64,000 nt of DNA from the human T2T-CHM13v2.0 reference genome, Homo sapiens. Shown one piece after another: positions 29,281 through 45,089 of the stretch (its first letter is position 1; each line of letters opens with the position of its first letter). Both the position numbers and the translations under genes were made by a program. The notes beneath the pieces are model-generated. The model was not told the origin of the DNA. It was given only the letters and a program-made list of their open reading frames with translations, and did not search any database. Where the stretch lies: NCBI RefSeq assembly GCF_009914755.1, contig NC_060944.1; one strand, 5' to 3'.

Positions 29281-30243
29281 TTTTTTTTTTTAAATCAAGA
29301 GAGATGCAAAACCTCAATTTTAGATCCTTTTTTTGCTGACTTTTGGGTGGTTAAATTTGGGAGTTGCTTAAAGGAGAAAGGCTTTTCTTTTTCTTGCTTC
29401 ATTCCTAAGGAGCTCTGAAGGGCAAAGAAAGGTTGGGGAAATAGAGCCAGCCTGAAGCCATGACATACCATTCAGGTGGCAAAGAAAGTGCCCCCCAGTC
29501 ACGGCCTCTTTGCAGGGGGGGCCCTTCTTTTTCCTTTGATCAGCTGAGATTCACTTACTGGTTTTTGAGGGGTGGGGAACCACAGTATGGCTGGTATGTT
29601 TATAACATGGGAAGCCCTGAATTAACACTTTGGATGTTTCAGAAACTGATATCTACTCATATGCACACCTAAAATCAGGGGACTGGATGTTATGCTCTTG
29701 GCTCTTCGGTTGTCTATTACCTGAGCCTTAGAAACATTTTTTCCCTTAAATAAAGGTATAATTTATTTACAGTGCAAGATGAGTTTTGACAAATGTGTAT
29801 ACCCATGTAACCTGGACCCACATAAATTATACAATATTGTTATCATTTTAGAAAATTCCTTTGTGTCTCTTTACAGTCAGTTCCCAGCCTCTTTCAGAAT
29901 CAGGCAAGTCTTTGCCTCCATTTCTGCATTTTCTAATAAAGTCATTAGGCTCAGTTCAGAGTTCTGTAAATGCAGATGAAGGATCCAGAAAGGTCCTTCG
30001 CGGATAACTGAGATGTTCCAGAAGTCATTGAGGATTTAGAGTCTCATCTGAAAAATGGACACACCATTACCCAGCACTTAGGTCTTGAGGCTGTGGTGAG
30101 CAACATAAATGCATGTGTTTAGCACAGTGTCTGGCACATAGAGTAGAACCTGTTAAAGGTTAAAGGAAACAGCATGTCTACCTGTGGTTCCTGACTGTCA
30201 TCACAAGAGGGGGAAATTAGCTCATGTTTCTTTCTCATTTCAG

Positions 30244-30355
30244 GGTCATCTATAACGAAGTTATACAGACCTCCAAGTACTACATGAGAGATGTGACTGC
30301 CATTGAATCGGCCTGGCTGTTGGAGCTGGCTCCACACTTTTATCAACAAGGAACG
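30244..30355 (+). CDS. DHX35: DHX35 coding exon: (W)VIYNEVIQTSKYYMRDVTAIESAWLLELAPHFYQQGT, OB-fold
   Basis: tttcag|G acceptor, ACG|gtagga donor; 112 nt, phase 2 to 0; WLxELAPxFY motif. Confidence 0.96.
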
Positions 30356-30628
30356 GTAGGAATGAACTGAGTCTGTGCCCCAGCCACCTGTTCACAGCCT
30401 CTCCATGTTTTTAAATGTACTTTTTTTCTCCAATTTAATGCCCTATGTGTGTTCCCCCTAGGGGTGCATAGGGTGGAAAGGCCATTACCATATCCCCAAA
30501 ACATTCTGGGAAAGCACTCTAGCGTTTAATTCATAGTGAAGTGCAATTAAAAATAAATCCCCCTAATCTCATAAGAAAAAAAAGGTATCGCTTTCTCGCT
30601 TTCTTTCTCCTTTTGCTCTTCCAAACTA

Positions 30629-31417
<789 letters not shown>

Positions 31418-32478
31418 TAAAAGGGTTACAGCCCTGTGCTGTTTGTGGCCTGAAAATACTTGCTTTACATATTTTGCCCAAGTTTACTGTTGTTTACAGC
31501 AGAAGAGAAAGTCTGAAACCTTTTTCTCCATTAGGGCCAGAATTGGACTACACAATGTTTCCAAAGCGATATTTGAATTGATTGCCACATTGAAAAATTG
31601 GGAGATTTCATATTAAACATGAATTTCTGGTTTCTCTTGAAAGACATGTTTAGTCTGGCAACACTAGGCTTGCGTTCCTACGTGGTGGCATCACAGGGGC
31701 TTAGGGGTGGCTGCCTGCTGTTAGTGACATCGCCAGGTGCCGTAGTCCCATGTCACTTGCTTACTTGCCTGCTGCACTCTTGGAGACATTTGAATTTGTG
31801 ACCCTGTAAATGGAAGGATCTCCTCATCTCTCCTGCTCCAGCAAAGTCAAGGGACATTGCCCTCTCAAAATTTTATAATATTTAATTTTTATGTAATCAA
31901 ACAAAAACCATTTCACACCTTTATAGTTCTTCACACATCCCAATTCAGATATTTCAGCTAGAAAGCAGATCAGCCTGCAGGGACTGATAAAAATGCAGTG
32001 TGTGTTGTCTTTGCTGAATTAGGTTGATAAGAATAAACCTGGTGAAAGAAAGGCTTTTCCTTCAAAACCTCTCAGGTGGAAAGCAGCAGACTTCAGGAGT
32101 CAAGAGAAGGGATCAGAAAGGTAAACTAGAGGTTGAAAGAGGAATGGTGCAGTGGTCAAAATGCCTGTTAAAGTAAGAAGATGCAGACAGCCAGAGAAGG
32201 ATAAGCCTGAAATTGTCTTGGATTCATTTAGACTCTTGGAAACAGAATTAGCCCAGAAGCTGAGTCATTTTCCCTTCTCAGCTCAAAATTCCAGTTTCTT
32301 TAGGTCAAACCCACAAAGTTAAAGAGCAAATAGCTTCAGAAATTTGAAGAAAATAACAAGCCCAAATTTCTTCATTTGTCTCTTCTCTCCAAATGGCTTT
32401 TTTATTTTTAAGCTCATCACCTCCACTGTCATCGGAGTATTTTTAGAGAGGCTGGGACAGACCTTTAGAAATCACCTA

Positions 32479-32886
<408 letters not shown>

Positions 32887-34536
32887 CTACTATTAACTTG
32901 TCCAAAGCAGATTGATTTCTCAAAGAACCTCCAGATCTACAGGGGTTGCCCATGTATGGTAGATGTTCCTTTACTGAACACAGTGCAGCACCTCACAACC
33001 TTCCACAGCCCACAGATCATTCACGGCTCTGTTCCTGGCACCTTTGGAGACTTTCCATCACCACTGTTTTTCGGAATGTTGCTCTCACCCTGTGTGGAGG
33101 CCTGAAATGGTTCAGAGTCAGCTTTGTTTATATTCAACATTCTTCCCAGAAAAAAGCACCAAAAATGGCCCCACAGGCACAATGGCGTCATCTCCCATCC
33201 CCAAGCTAAGGCCGTGGATATCTAACATTAGCTGTAGGGGTTATATCAGGTGACGTGTAGAGAGAGAATTCAGAGAAATTCAGCAAGACCTACAGCTAGA
33301 CAGGGGAAGAACGGGGTGACCTATTCAGAGATTTGCCTTCTGGCTTTTAAATTATTTTTCCTTATTCTCAGAGATATCTTCATTATTAGGGAAAACCCTT
33401 TTAACGAGGCCTTTGCAAGAGCCTGTAGTAGTCCTCCCTCAGGTGTAAGCAGATGGAAAGTCTGAGTTCTTGTAGCTCATTTATACCCGGGTCCTGTTCG
33501 CTCTGTTGTCTCTCACGTCATACCTGGTGGTGCGCTGTGTCTTCGTTCACGCCCTCCATTTTTTCAGGGCCTGCAGTTCTCTCTGGGGGCGATGCGGCTT
33601 GATGTTGTGGGGCCATGTGGCTGTGCTAAGTAGTGGGCACACCAGCTCCGGAGCAGTCAGGGTGGGCATTCTCATGTGAGGCTCCCACTGTGTGTTAGTT
33701 GGCACGGCTTAGGGATCTCTTGGTTATTGATGATTAGTAATGGGCTGTCGGGTATATCCCAGTTGATGAGTGGAGGGAGGTCTTTCATTAAAAGCTTGTA
33801 TTTACACACTCTGCCTCAAAGGCATATTTAAGGATTTCTGCCACTTTTGGCTTTGCTTTAGAATGTAAAAAATACTTCATTTTCCAATCCTATTATCTGA
33901 TGCCTATGATTAGAATATTGTGCTTCGTGTTATTCATAATGGTAGAAAGTGACATTTCTGGGGAAAAAAAAAAGTGTCACTAGGAGGTGTCCTTTCTGTT
34001 TTCCCAGCAAGCTTGTACCCTCCATGTGGGCAGAGGCCGTATCTTTATCTCCATCCTTGAGCATGGGTACCTGGTGTGTTGAGACGCTTGGTAAATTGAC
34101 TTCCTTGGTCCTAAAGAGAGGATAATTTTTCTTGACTATTGTCAGGAACTTCTTGGAGATTTGAGATCACTTCCAGACTGAGCCCAGTCTCCTGAGCACA
34201 GTTGTCTGGCTGCGGTGCTGTCCTCTAGGCTGGGGCAGAGGGAGAGTCGTGTCTCAAAAAGAAAACCTTTCCTTGACAGCTTCCGCAGAGCCCTGTATAA
34301 CCAGCTTCAGCCGCTGTGGCTTGGGCCTCGGGTTGCTGGCGGCTGAATTCAGGTCGGCTTCTTCATTGGCCACTTGGGCTTTTTCCTTCCAGGCTGTTTC
34401 ATGAACAGCTCAGCATTTACTGGGAAGGTGTGGACCAGATGGAAGATTTGATGTGGTCATTCATATGGGGATTATGTTGCAGTCTGGTTTCTTTGTCTAA
34501 TCAACCCCAACTGTAGTGTCTTCTCTTCTGTTGCAG

Positions 34537-34581
34537 CACCTGTCTCTGAAAGCCAAAAGGGCCAAGGTCCAGGACCCGTGA
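34537..34581 (+). CDS. DHX35: DHX35 last coding exon: HLSLKAKRAKVQDP*
   Basis: ctcttctgttgcag|CAC acceptor in phase 0; TGA at 34579-34581; matches the DHX35 C-terminus as I recall it. Confidence 0.92.
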   Translation, partial: HLSLKAKRAKVQDP

Positions 34582-35760
34582 GAGGAGCCCACAGCTACAG
34601 CTGCAGGGACTGCTGGCGTCCTCTCCTCCATGCTGCTGCCCCTGGTCCCAGGTGGGGTGAGCTGGCACCAGCTCCTGTGGAATGTTTGGTTGCTCTGAAG
34701 TGGGCTGCGGCCTGTTCATTAGTCCTTTCTTCCCGCTGCCCACAGCATTTGCATCCTTGCTGGGATCCTGGAGGACTTTGTGCATGGGCAGGCATCCTTC
34801 TGTGCTGCAGCGGGCAGAGTGGGAGTTGGCTCACTCAGCACGCTCACTAACCCAGCATGCCACTTCCAGCAGGCATGCAGTCCTGGCCCAGCTCTATGGG
34901 AAACAAGGAGGAAAGTTAGCCACTGAAGGCCAAAACACCATGTGGGGTGGACAGAGGGTTTGCTGGGCTGGCTTTGCTTTCCCTGCTGGGGCCACAGCTG
35001 TGTTAACCAATGAGGTCTGCTGCCAGGTGTGAACAAGCATGTCTCTACGAATGAACGAAACATTGGGGATCTCTGCCGAAACCACCAAAGGGCATGTCTG
35101 ATGGGCACAGGGTCTCCCAAACCCAGTGGCTTCTGTCTGTCCTCAGCCCTTGTCCCTGTTTATCTGCAGCCAGGAGACTTGCAAGGGATTGGTGATTGAC
35201 AGAGAGGACTCGTGCGCTGTTTTGTGTTAGCAGAGGATTTGTGTTTCACAGGTAGGCTTAGCGTCCTCTCAGAGTGTAGTGCCAGGTCCTGGTGCCACGC
35301 TAGCTGAGCACTCAGGAGAGTTCATCAGCTCAGATCCCACAGGGCCTCCTCTTTAGCAGGAATTCACAACAGTTTGGATGCCCTAAACTTCTGTAGCTCA
35401 GGAACATCACTGGTGTATTTGTTTTTTTGTTTGTTTGCTTGGGTTCTTGCAAGAGCGCGTGGGGACAGTTCTTCCAGCAGGCACTGGTTTTGTTGCCCCA
35501 GGGCTGCTTTGCTGTGATGATGATTGCATTTCAACACATGCCAGATGCAGATTTTTTCCCCCTTACTGTTTCAATGACCTTTATTTTAAAAACACATAGC
35601 TTGAAAATTTATTTTTATACTGATATTAGTTTGGATGTGCCACTTTTGGCACCAAACGTGTATGTCGTTTTTATTTCCATTTTATAAACATGTAAATAAT
35701 AGTGATAACTTGTTAATAATAGTAAACCTTTATACCTAAAGTAAATGTCTTCCCTCCCAC
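34582..35760 (+). other. DHX35: DHX35 3' UTR (end approximate)
   Basis: Repeat-free sequence after the stop, with an AU-rich distal part and poly(A) elements at 35680-35785. Confidence 0.75.
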
Positions 35761-35785
35761 ACCTGGTTTTCGTGTCTGTATGTTA
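35683..35785 (+). terminator. Probable DHX35 polyadenylation region
   Basis: TATAAA 35683-35688, TGTA 35691, AGTAAA 35721-35726 and 35740-35745, downstream GT-rich ggttttcgtgtctgtatgtt. Confidence 0.65.
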
Positions 35786-37800
35786 AGATGTTCTAATGAA
35801 TTGTTCGAAGTGAGGGCCTGACATTAGCTAAGAAACTTAATGCTGTGGCATACAGCAGCTTTGGGATCTCAGGGACACAGGAAGCCCCCTAAAGCAAGAT
35901 GATGTGACTGAATGACCTCAAGACCTGATTAGAGTAAACTGTGGGACATTTAAAAGAAGTCCCAAAGAGGTGCTAATTCTTGCCAGTTTCCAGTTGGGAT
36001 CTTCCTGTAGAGAGGTCAGAAACATTATTTTTCAAGTTTGGCTTTAGGACTGGGGCTGATCCTAAAAAGCTTATATGGCGGTGGAAGGGGAAAGGTACAG
36101 GTTTCACACCCTCGGGTTGGAGACCAGAGTCCACTGGGAGCCCGGACAATCTGGAGGGAGCACCCAGAGGCAAGCCCGTCCCTGCATGCTGCCTCTACCC
36201 CTGGGCGCCTGATCCTGAGCACATGCTTCCCCTCTGTCCCTCCACCTCTCAGAAGGCAGCCCTCCCCAGGCGACACCCCCCAGTGTTGTGTCCTGTGTTA
36301 TGTCACAGTCTGTGATGGGTGGGACAGGTCCTTGCTGTCCGAAGCAACTACAAAATCCTGGGCCCATGGGGAGGCCCCTTTACAGTAGGGTTGGTTAAGG
36401 CTGGGACCACACAACTCACCAGGGAGTGGGGCCCGGCCTGGGCGAGAGAGATGAGAGCTTTTGACTTTGTCTGTTGCAGGTCTGTGTCCCTGTTCCCATT
36501 GTCAGCCCACAGATGTGACAGCAGGGCCTAGTACCTCACAGACTGTCCCCCAGTACTTCCACAGAATTAGTCCCCTCGGGCTCCACACAGGTCTTCAGAT
36601 ACTGCTAGTAAAATTCCCCACAGCATTGCTGTGTCTTCCCTTTGGAGCAAGTGAGAGGGCAGAGAGAAGCTGGCGCTGGAAAGCATGGAGGCGGTGGTGC
36701 CCTGTAGGCCCAGAGATGGCAGCTTTCTGTGTTGGTGGCTTGCAGAGACCCTGCCAGTTTTCTGCCATAGCTGGCTTCCCCGGGGGTTGGACATTGTCGT
36801 CACAGGGAGCCCCTGGTTCAGCCAGTGCGCTGCTCAGTCCAGCCAGCAAATGTTGAGCCCTCAGGCCATGTGCATGGCACAGGGATGAGGCGGAGACACT
36901 TGACAACAAGTAACCAGATGAGTGGACCAGGATGGAGCTGGGCGCACGAGAAGGACAGGGTGGCAGGAGATGGCAGAGGTCCAGTAGGGGTTGTTAAGGC
37001 CAGGGCTGTATCCACAGAGACTTCCCCACGACAAGATGCTTTCCTGGTGAAAGGACAGACCGCTCTCATGTTCTTCCCTGGCCATCCCCACATTGCTGAG
37101 CATTTCATGTGGGCCATGAACTTGGAGAGCTGCCTAGTGCCCCAGCTCCATGCTCCCATCTCCACTGTTTTGTCCTGGTGTCAGCACAGCCTACTGCCAG
37201 TGCTGCTCCAGCTTCATGGGCTGGGCCCTGCCATTCAGTGCTGGGTTGTCCCCAGCACCCCAGCCCTGCCCTCAGCTCTGTTTTCCAGGGCCCGGCGCTG
37301 ACAGTGTGGCTGACATTTCTCCTAGCCTGAGCAAGAATGTCTGCCGCTGACCAGACAGAGGGTTGGGTGGCTGGGGGAGGGAGGCGCAGGCCAAGGGGCC
37401 TAAATCTGGAAAACCGCAAGACTCCGTCCTGGAGCCACAAGACTGGATGTCTGGCAGTGAGGCCTGGGAAGCTGTAAGTTGTAAAAGCCCCATCTCGGGT
37501 GGTTCTGATGAAGTGGTGGGCTTGGGAATCCTGGGGACAGGAGTTGAAGATGTGAAGACATGCAGCCCAATGGACAGATAGCCCCCAGCGGGGAGATCAG
37601 AGCTTCGAGATCAGAGCGTCAGGTCTGAGTGAAAGCTGATAAATTGTTTCTTCACAAGTGTGCTTAGACCCCAGCCCAATTCCCCTTACGTGTTTCCCCA
37701 GAACACAGATCTGTGGGGTTGGGATTCTTCCCCAGGCAGGTTGTGGCAGCAGGCATCAATGTCAGCTCACTATGAATTTTCCTGAGTCTTGCAAAAATGA

Positions 37801-38209
<409 letters not shown>

Positions 38210-39724
38210 TAGGAAACAATGGTGATAGTAGATGGTGGTTTTATTTTTTAATGTTTTCTTTGGAAAAATAAAATGTCAACAGTCGTTCATCTATCACCCA
38301 ATTAAAAACCAATTCAAAATGATGAAACAAAAACTGATGTAATCCTCAAGTCTGGGAACTACTGGGTTGTGGCTGAGTGGGCCGGGCAGGGCATCTGGCA
38401 GCATCAGCACCAAGATCATCATTCTGGGAAGTGGATCTGAACTGCGAAGCACCCACCTGGGTTTCAAGTGAACTTTGGCGCCGCTGGAGGACATTTCTAT
38501 CCCCTGGAAGAATTCGAGTTGGCAAGTCTCAGCCCCATATCCCTTTTTCACCTCAAGATAAGATCAGGTATTTTCCACTCTCCAATGATTCATCTGAATT
38601 TTCTCCTCAGCCTTCTAATTTGTGATGAAACAGGATGATGGAACTCTGGATTTCTTGTCAGTTTAATCTGTTTTTTTTTTTCTTTTTTTCTGAGTCATTG
38701 GAACTGGAAATAGCCAATCAAATAATTGCACAAACAGCTGGCTACTGTGGATGACCAGGTGGAATTTGCGTGGCAGACGGTCTGGAGAGGGCTTGTCCCT
38801 GGGTCCTCACAGTCATTGCTCCCTCCAGCAAGCAAGGATGACACGTTGATGTCTCTGGTGAATCCTGGCAGTGTTCCCTTTTGCACTCTTGGGTGGCATT
38901 GGACTTGCTGGAACAGGGCGTCTCCTTGCCTGCTTAAGTGCGGCCAAAGAGATTCCCAGCGCAGCGTTCCCTCAGGCCCTCTGGCACACATGGCCACCGC
39001 TCCCACTTGTGGGTTCTCCTGAAGGCAATGAGCAGGCTAGGGAGGCTGGGAGGTTCACAAGGGAGGGGTGGTGCAGGCACAGGATTTAATACCCCAGGAT
39101 CTCCATAGCCAGGTGAACGACCAGCACAGGCTACTGCCCATGGCTTCTTGACCATGGCCTCATCAGTGGCTCCAAGTATGAACGTCCTAGCCAGGTTCTT
39201 TGCTGGCCTCAGCCTGATGGGCGGACCCATATAGGACCCAAAGGTCGCCTGAGTTCCTTTCTGCGTCCCCACCACTGCCATCAGCCTCTACATCGCCCTG
39301 GACCCCAGGAGAGCAGGAGCTGGCTGATAAGGCCTTACCAGCTCACCCTCAGGCTGTTTATTTTAGCCTCGTTCTCTGGTTGCTTTTCTTCCCCGCATTT
39401 TAGGCTTGTTCTGTTTTCAAGTGCGGTCTTCAGTTTGCTTGGTGTCTGCTGTCCCTGTGTTTTCCCTTTGCTGTTGTTTTTTTGTTTTTCCTCATGGGTA
39501 TGCCTCACCCCTTTAATCTCCACCTCTCTGACCTCTGCATTATTTTCCTTTTTACTGCGAAGTTTTAAAAAGAATGCAGTCGTGTTTATTTTTAATGCTC
39601 TTCCAAAGTATTTTTTCCTCGACATTTATGTTAACGTCTTGTTCTTTTTTGTACTCTGCTTGTTTGTCTAACTATTATTTTGGACATTTGTTGTCGTGGT
39701 TCTATAAATATTTTCTTCTGTGAT

Positions 39725-39987
39725 CTTCTTTTGTTTCTTTTTGTTTTGTTTTGATACAGAGTCTCGCTCTGTCACCCAGGCTGGAGTGCAGTGGTGCAAT
39801 ATGGGCTCACTGCTGCCTCGGCCTCCTGGGCTCAAGTGATCCTCCCATCTCAGCCTCCCCGGTAGCTAGTAAAGACGGGGTTTCTTAATGTTGCACAGGC
39901 TGGTCTCGAACTCCTGAGCTCTAGTGATCCACCTACCTCGGCCTCCCAAAGTGCTGGGATTACAGGTGTGAGCCACTGTGTCTGGCC
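39725..39987 (-). mobile_element. AluJ with an internal deletion of the linker
   Basis: gtagct joined directly to agtaaagacgggg; TSD ttctgtgat.ttc. Confidence 0.85.
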
Positions 39988-40029
39988 TTTTCTGTGATTT
40001 TCATCTTCTACTTTAGTGTATTAGTTTAA

Positions 40030-40377
<348 letters not shown>

Positions 40378-40459
40378 TCTTCATTTCTTATTATGCTTAA
40401 TTTGCTTTAGTGGTTGGCAAAAGGCCTACCTGTAGGTGTGGGAGCTGGGGGAAGGTATT

Positions 40460-41000
40460 CCAAACAAAGGATTAAATGTCAGGAATGTACAAGGAGCTCC
40501 TATAAATCACCAGTGAAAAGACAACTCCAGCAGAAAAAAATGGGCACAGGGAATGGAAGGCAATGTATAGGGGCAGACCCAACACTCCACCAAACCACTG
40601 AAGAGATATTCAAAGTTAGTCATCAGGAAAACACAAGCTAAAGCAACAATTAGACATCACTCTGCACCAATGAGATTAGCAACACAGTGGAAAGGTGGCG
40701 GATGGAGATGCGGCGGCCTCTGTGCGCAGCTGGTACGGCAGTCCTGGAGAGCCACCTGGGACTACTCATGTGTGTTCCTGCCCCACAGCCCAGAAACTCT
40801 GCTTCTGGGGGTGTGTTCCCAACAAAATTCTCACCCGGGTCCTTAGGAGACACATGTAAGGATGCTTACTGGTGTGATGGATGGGGTGGGGACTAATGTC
40901 CATCCCTGGGAGGTGTGCAGGGACAATGTATTGGATGACACTGTGGATCAGTACAGAGCAGGTTCATAGAACACAGACCTGAGAAATAGCTGAGTGGAAG
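40460..41000 (+). mobile_element. Ancient L1 (L1ME-like) fragment
   Basis: Degenerate L1 ORF2-end-like sequence. Confidence 0.55.
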
Positions 41001-41013
41001 AATTAAGAAACTG

Positions 41014-41486
<473 letters not shown>

Positions 41487-42667
41487 TCAAGTGTTCATCT
41501 GGAGGAGATGTGGATTTTAGGACACATAGCCCTTCTTGTCTAAGGTTTTAGACCTGCTCACCAGTGGCCCCGGGAGGCAGGAGGTTGTGGAGTTGGCTTC
41601 AGAAGCCTGCCTCCCACCTCCAAGCTCATATTCTGGCAGGAACCACTTCTACCCTGGATGGAGTGAGTCGGCCAACAACATGAGACATTTTGATGCTTTT
41701 TTTCCCTATCACAGCGCATTTTTACTCAGATACATGATCTCCTTGGGACACCCTTTTAACTCGTGTTTATTCTACATGCCCCATGGTACAGTTAATTTTC
41801 ATCGGCAATCTGAAAGCCAGCAACAGCCGCAGAGCTTGTCTAATCACCAAGGAGTCAAAGACATGCAGCCCCGCGGCCCCTTTCAGTAGAGGTGAAGGAA
41901 CTCACTGGAAAAGCCCTCCCCAGTTTATGATTAAATAGGCTACTAAAATGGAGGGTAGCTTATAGGATTTATCTGGGCAGAGCGCCTTCATACTTCCAGG
42001 GCAGGAACCAGTAGGACAGACAGTGTCATTTAAGTCCTTCCTGCTGATCAGTATCCTTAGGTTGGAATTTATGCTCTCAGCCCATAGGGACTCTTGTTCC
42101 CTCCACTTCGGCACTTGGCACTCTGCTTCTGAGCCTTTGGCCTTCAGGAGGCGAAAGAGAACTGGATACACCAAGGCTTTGAAGATCCTGATGAGCTTTT
42201 GCCATCCGAGGAGCATGTAGACTTGAGCTGTGTTTGCTACACCCAGATGTGGCTCCCTCCTCTCTCTTGGGCTTACTGATCATTTAGAACCAGTTTAATT
42301 AGCACTGGTGTCTGCTTTTCCAAAGATTGCCTGGTAGGAGGCAGAAATCTGGGCCAGGTTAGTGAGGCAGCATGCAAACTGGAAGAGACGACCAGGGAAC
42401 TTGTTCAATGTAAGTCTTACTCCAAGCTTTCCATTGCTTGGAGAAGGGTGTTCTAAATCACCCTTGGTCTTCCCGACTTCAGTTGCAGACTCAGAAGGAG
42501 GGCAGATTCTGGGGCGATTTCTTGACCCAGTGGTGATGGGGTCGTGGGAACTCAGCTTCTAGGGAGACAGGGTAGGTTTCCTGTCCCCAGATTAATAAAC
42601 CAAGGTCACTTCTCCTGAACTGTGATGATGCCTGGCCCTGTTCTTAGTGGGCATAGATGGAGTTAAC

Positions 42668-42793
42668 TTTTTTTTTTTTTTTTTTTTTTTAGAGGCGGGG
42701 TTTCACTATGTTACCCAGGCTGATCTCGAACTCCTGGACTCAAGCGATCTTCCCATCTCAGCCTCCCAAAGTGCTGGGATTATAGGCATGAGA
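42668..42793 (-). mobile_element. Alu monomer (FLAM-like)
   Basis: Left arm only, with T tract. Confidence 0.8.
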
Positions 42794-44262
42794 GTTAGAT
42801 TTTTCACATGGGATTTTTGCCAATTGATTAGTCTGTTGCCCCAGCCAGGATTAGGACAAAAGGGCTTTGCATCCCCACAGCCTCTCTTGATTGATCTTGT
42901 TCATGCACAGATGGAATTCGGACACCCTTTGGGTATGTGAATAACCCTTACAGGCCACAGGACCCAGATTAGTGACACCACAACTGGGCATCATCTGAGT
43001 AGGGAGGACAGGAGCACTGAGCTCCAAGTCAGAAGATCCGAATTAAAAAATGACCACCTTTAATGAGGTATAATTCACATGTAATAAGTGCACTCATTTA
43101 ATTGGATAGTCAATACGTTTTGACAAATCAGTACACCACAGTGACCACCAAAATCAAATATAGAACATTTTCACCCAAAAAGTTTCTCATGATCTTTTGT
43201 AGTCAACAGCCACCCCGACTTTGCCCCCCAGCCTCAGGCATCACTATTCTGCTTTCTGTCACTATGGGCTAACTTTGCCTTTTCTAGAATTTCATACACA
43301 TGGGATCATTTAGGATATACTCTTTTGGGTCTGGAGGAGACCTGGTTTAAGCCCCACACCCAAAATTAGATAACTTTGTGACCCTTGGCAAGACATAATT
43401 TTGTCTTCAACTCAGTTTCCTTACCAGTGCAATGGGGTGGTAATAACTTAAAACCAGCAAGCCTTCCTTCCTTCCTTCCCTCTCCCTCCCTCCCTCCCTC
43501 CTGTCCTTCCATGTGCACAGGTGCCACAGTGAGCTCCATTGTAAAATTCCAGAAAGGAGCTGGGTCAGGGGTTGCTCAGGAAACAGGAGCCTCTGCTCCC
43601 TCCACGTGTGTCACAGAGGGCACCCGCTGCCCCTCCCTCCATGCCCATCCCAGCCTCCCTGGTGCCGTGGTGTGCAGGTCCCCGCATCTCCTTCAAGGTG
43701 GACTCCTTTTATTTAAACAAGGGAGATAGGAAGTCACCCCGGAAAGAACCAGATGCGGTGATGAGGGCCCCCACCCTCAAGATGGGCAGAGGCCAGAGGT
43801 GACCAGGACCTAAGCAGAGGGGAGGACCATGTCAGGGGGTGGGGGTGCACAGAGGCCCGGAGTGGGGCCCGCCTGGCCCTGGGGCTCGGGACACTGGAGT
43901 TTTCAGGGGGAGCAGTGAGTGGAAGGCTCGTGGAGCTGCTGGACACCAGATGAGTGTTGGCATCAGGACACACACATTGCTCAGAACCACCCAGGAACAA
44001 TCTGATGGACACCTTTGTGCCCTTCACAACACAACTCACTGACACTGGACACCCAGAAGCACTTGCAGATAAGAGACCACTGCACACAGAGCACAGTCCC
44101 TGCTTCCCTGGAGCTCACGTGCTAAAACATGACCCACATCCAGGCTGCAGCCCGTCCTTAGCCAGGGATGTGGAGGGTCCTGAGTCTGGTCCTGTTGAGT
44201 CCTGAGTCCTCCAGACTGGCCCTGCCAAGTTGCCAGGCATCTGATGCAGCAGAGCAGCGCTA

Positions 44263-44281
44263 TGCTGCCCTCTGCTGGCCA
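44263..44281 (-). promoter_or_regulatory. CTCF motif
   Basis: Minus strand reads TGGCCAGCAGAGGGCAGCA; core CCAGCAGAGGGCAG matches CCASYAGRKGGCRS at all 14 positions. Confidence 0.75.
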
Positions 44282-44753
44282 CATGGAGGCAGTGAGTCCC
44301 CACACTGCTGTCCACTCCTGGCAATGGGCTCAGGGGAAGTGGACTGTGTTTCTGGTCCCTTGCTTCTGACAACCTGATAGAGCAGATATGGAAGGGCAGA
44401 GGCACTATAAGAACTCTTCTCCCAGTTCCTTGATTCCCCCCCATTATTCCTTGTGTGTCCCCCACTTCCCCTCCCTTCCCTGTGTCTGGATTTAAGAAAT
44501 GACAGTTGAGGCAAATCATGTTGCTTTTTCGGCCATCTCCTGCAGTGTCCCCTTTCCATGGCCTCATCCTGTCATGGCCCTGAGCTGTTGCAACTGGTTC
44601 AGGGAGGTCTCTCTTGGCCATCTTTCATCCAGTGGGGATGGAGAGACCAGTGCCATTTCTGGAGGGAGCACCTGAGTTTGGAGGTGAAACATAGGTGATA
44701 CCTTATCCAGGTGACACCTTCCCTAGGCCACAAAACCATAGTTTCTAGATGGA

Positions 44754-45061
44754 GCTGGGCATGGTGGCTCATGCCTATAATCCTAGCACTTTGGAAGGCT
44801 GAGGCTAGAGGATGGCTTGAGGCCAGGAGTTTGAGACCAGCCTGGGCAACATAGGCCCTGTCTATACAAAAAAATAACAATTTAAAAAATTAGCCGAGTG
44901 TGGTATGTGTGCCTCCAGCCCTAGCTACTCATGAGGTTGAGGCGGAAAAGTCACTTGAGCCCAGGAGTTTGAGGCTGCAGTGAGCTGTGATCAGTTGTAC
45001 CACTGCATGTCAGCCTGGTCAACACAGCGAGACCTTGTCTAAAAAAAAAAAAAAAAAAAAA
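44754..45061 (+). mobile_element. AluJ
   Basis: Dimer with A tail; TSD tagatgga. Confidence 0.88.
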
Positions 45062-45089
45062 TAGATGGACTGTGCCGTGCCTTTTTTTT

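Noticed and set aside
33530-33540. Partial CTCF-like matches (near 25640, 33520, 48350, 56450)
   Set aside because: Each has several core mismatches; not supportable without ChIP data
35973-37581. Dense overlapping ORFs on both strands after the gene end
   Set aside because: Expected in GC-rich non-coding DNA; no recognisable domain or consistent splice structure
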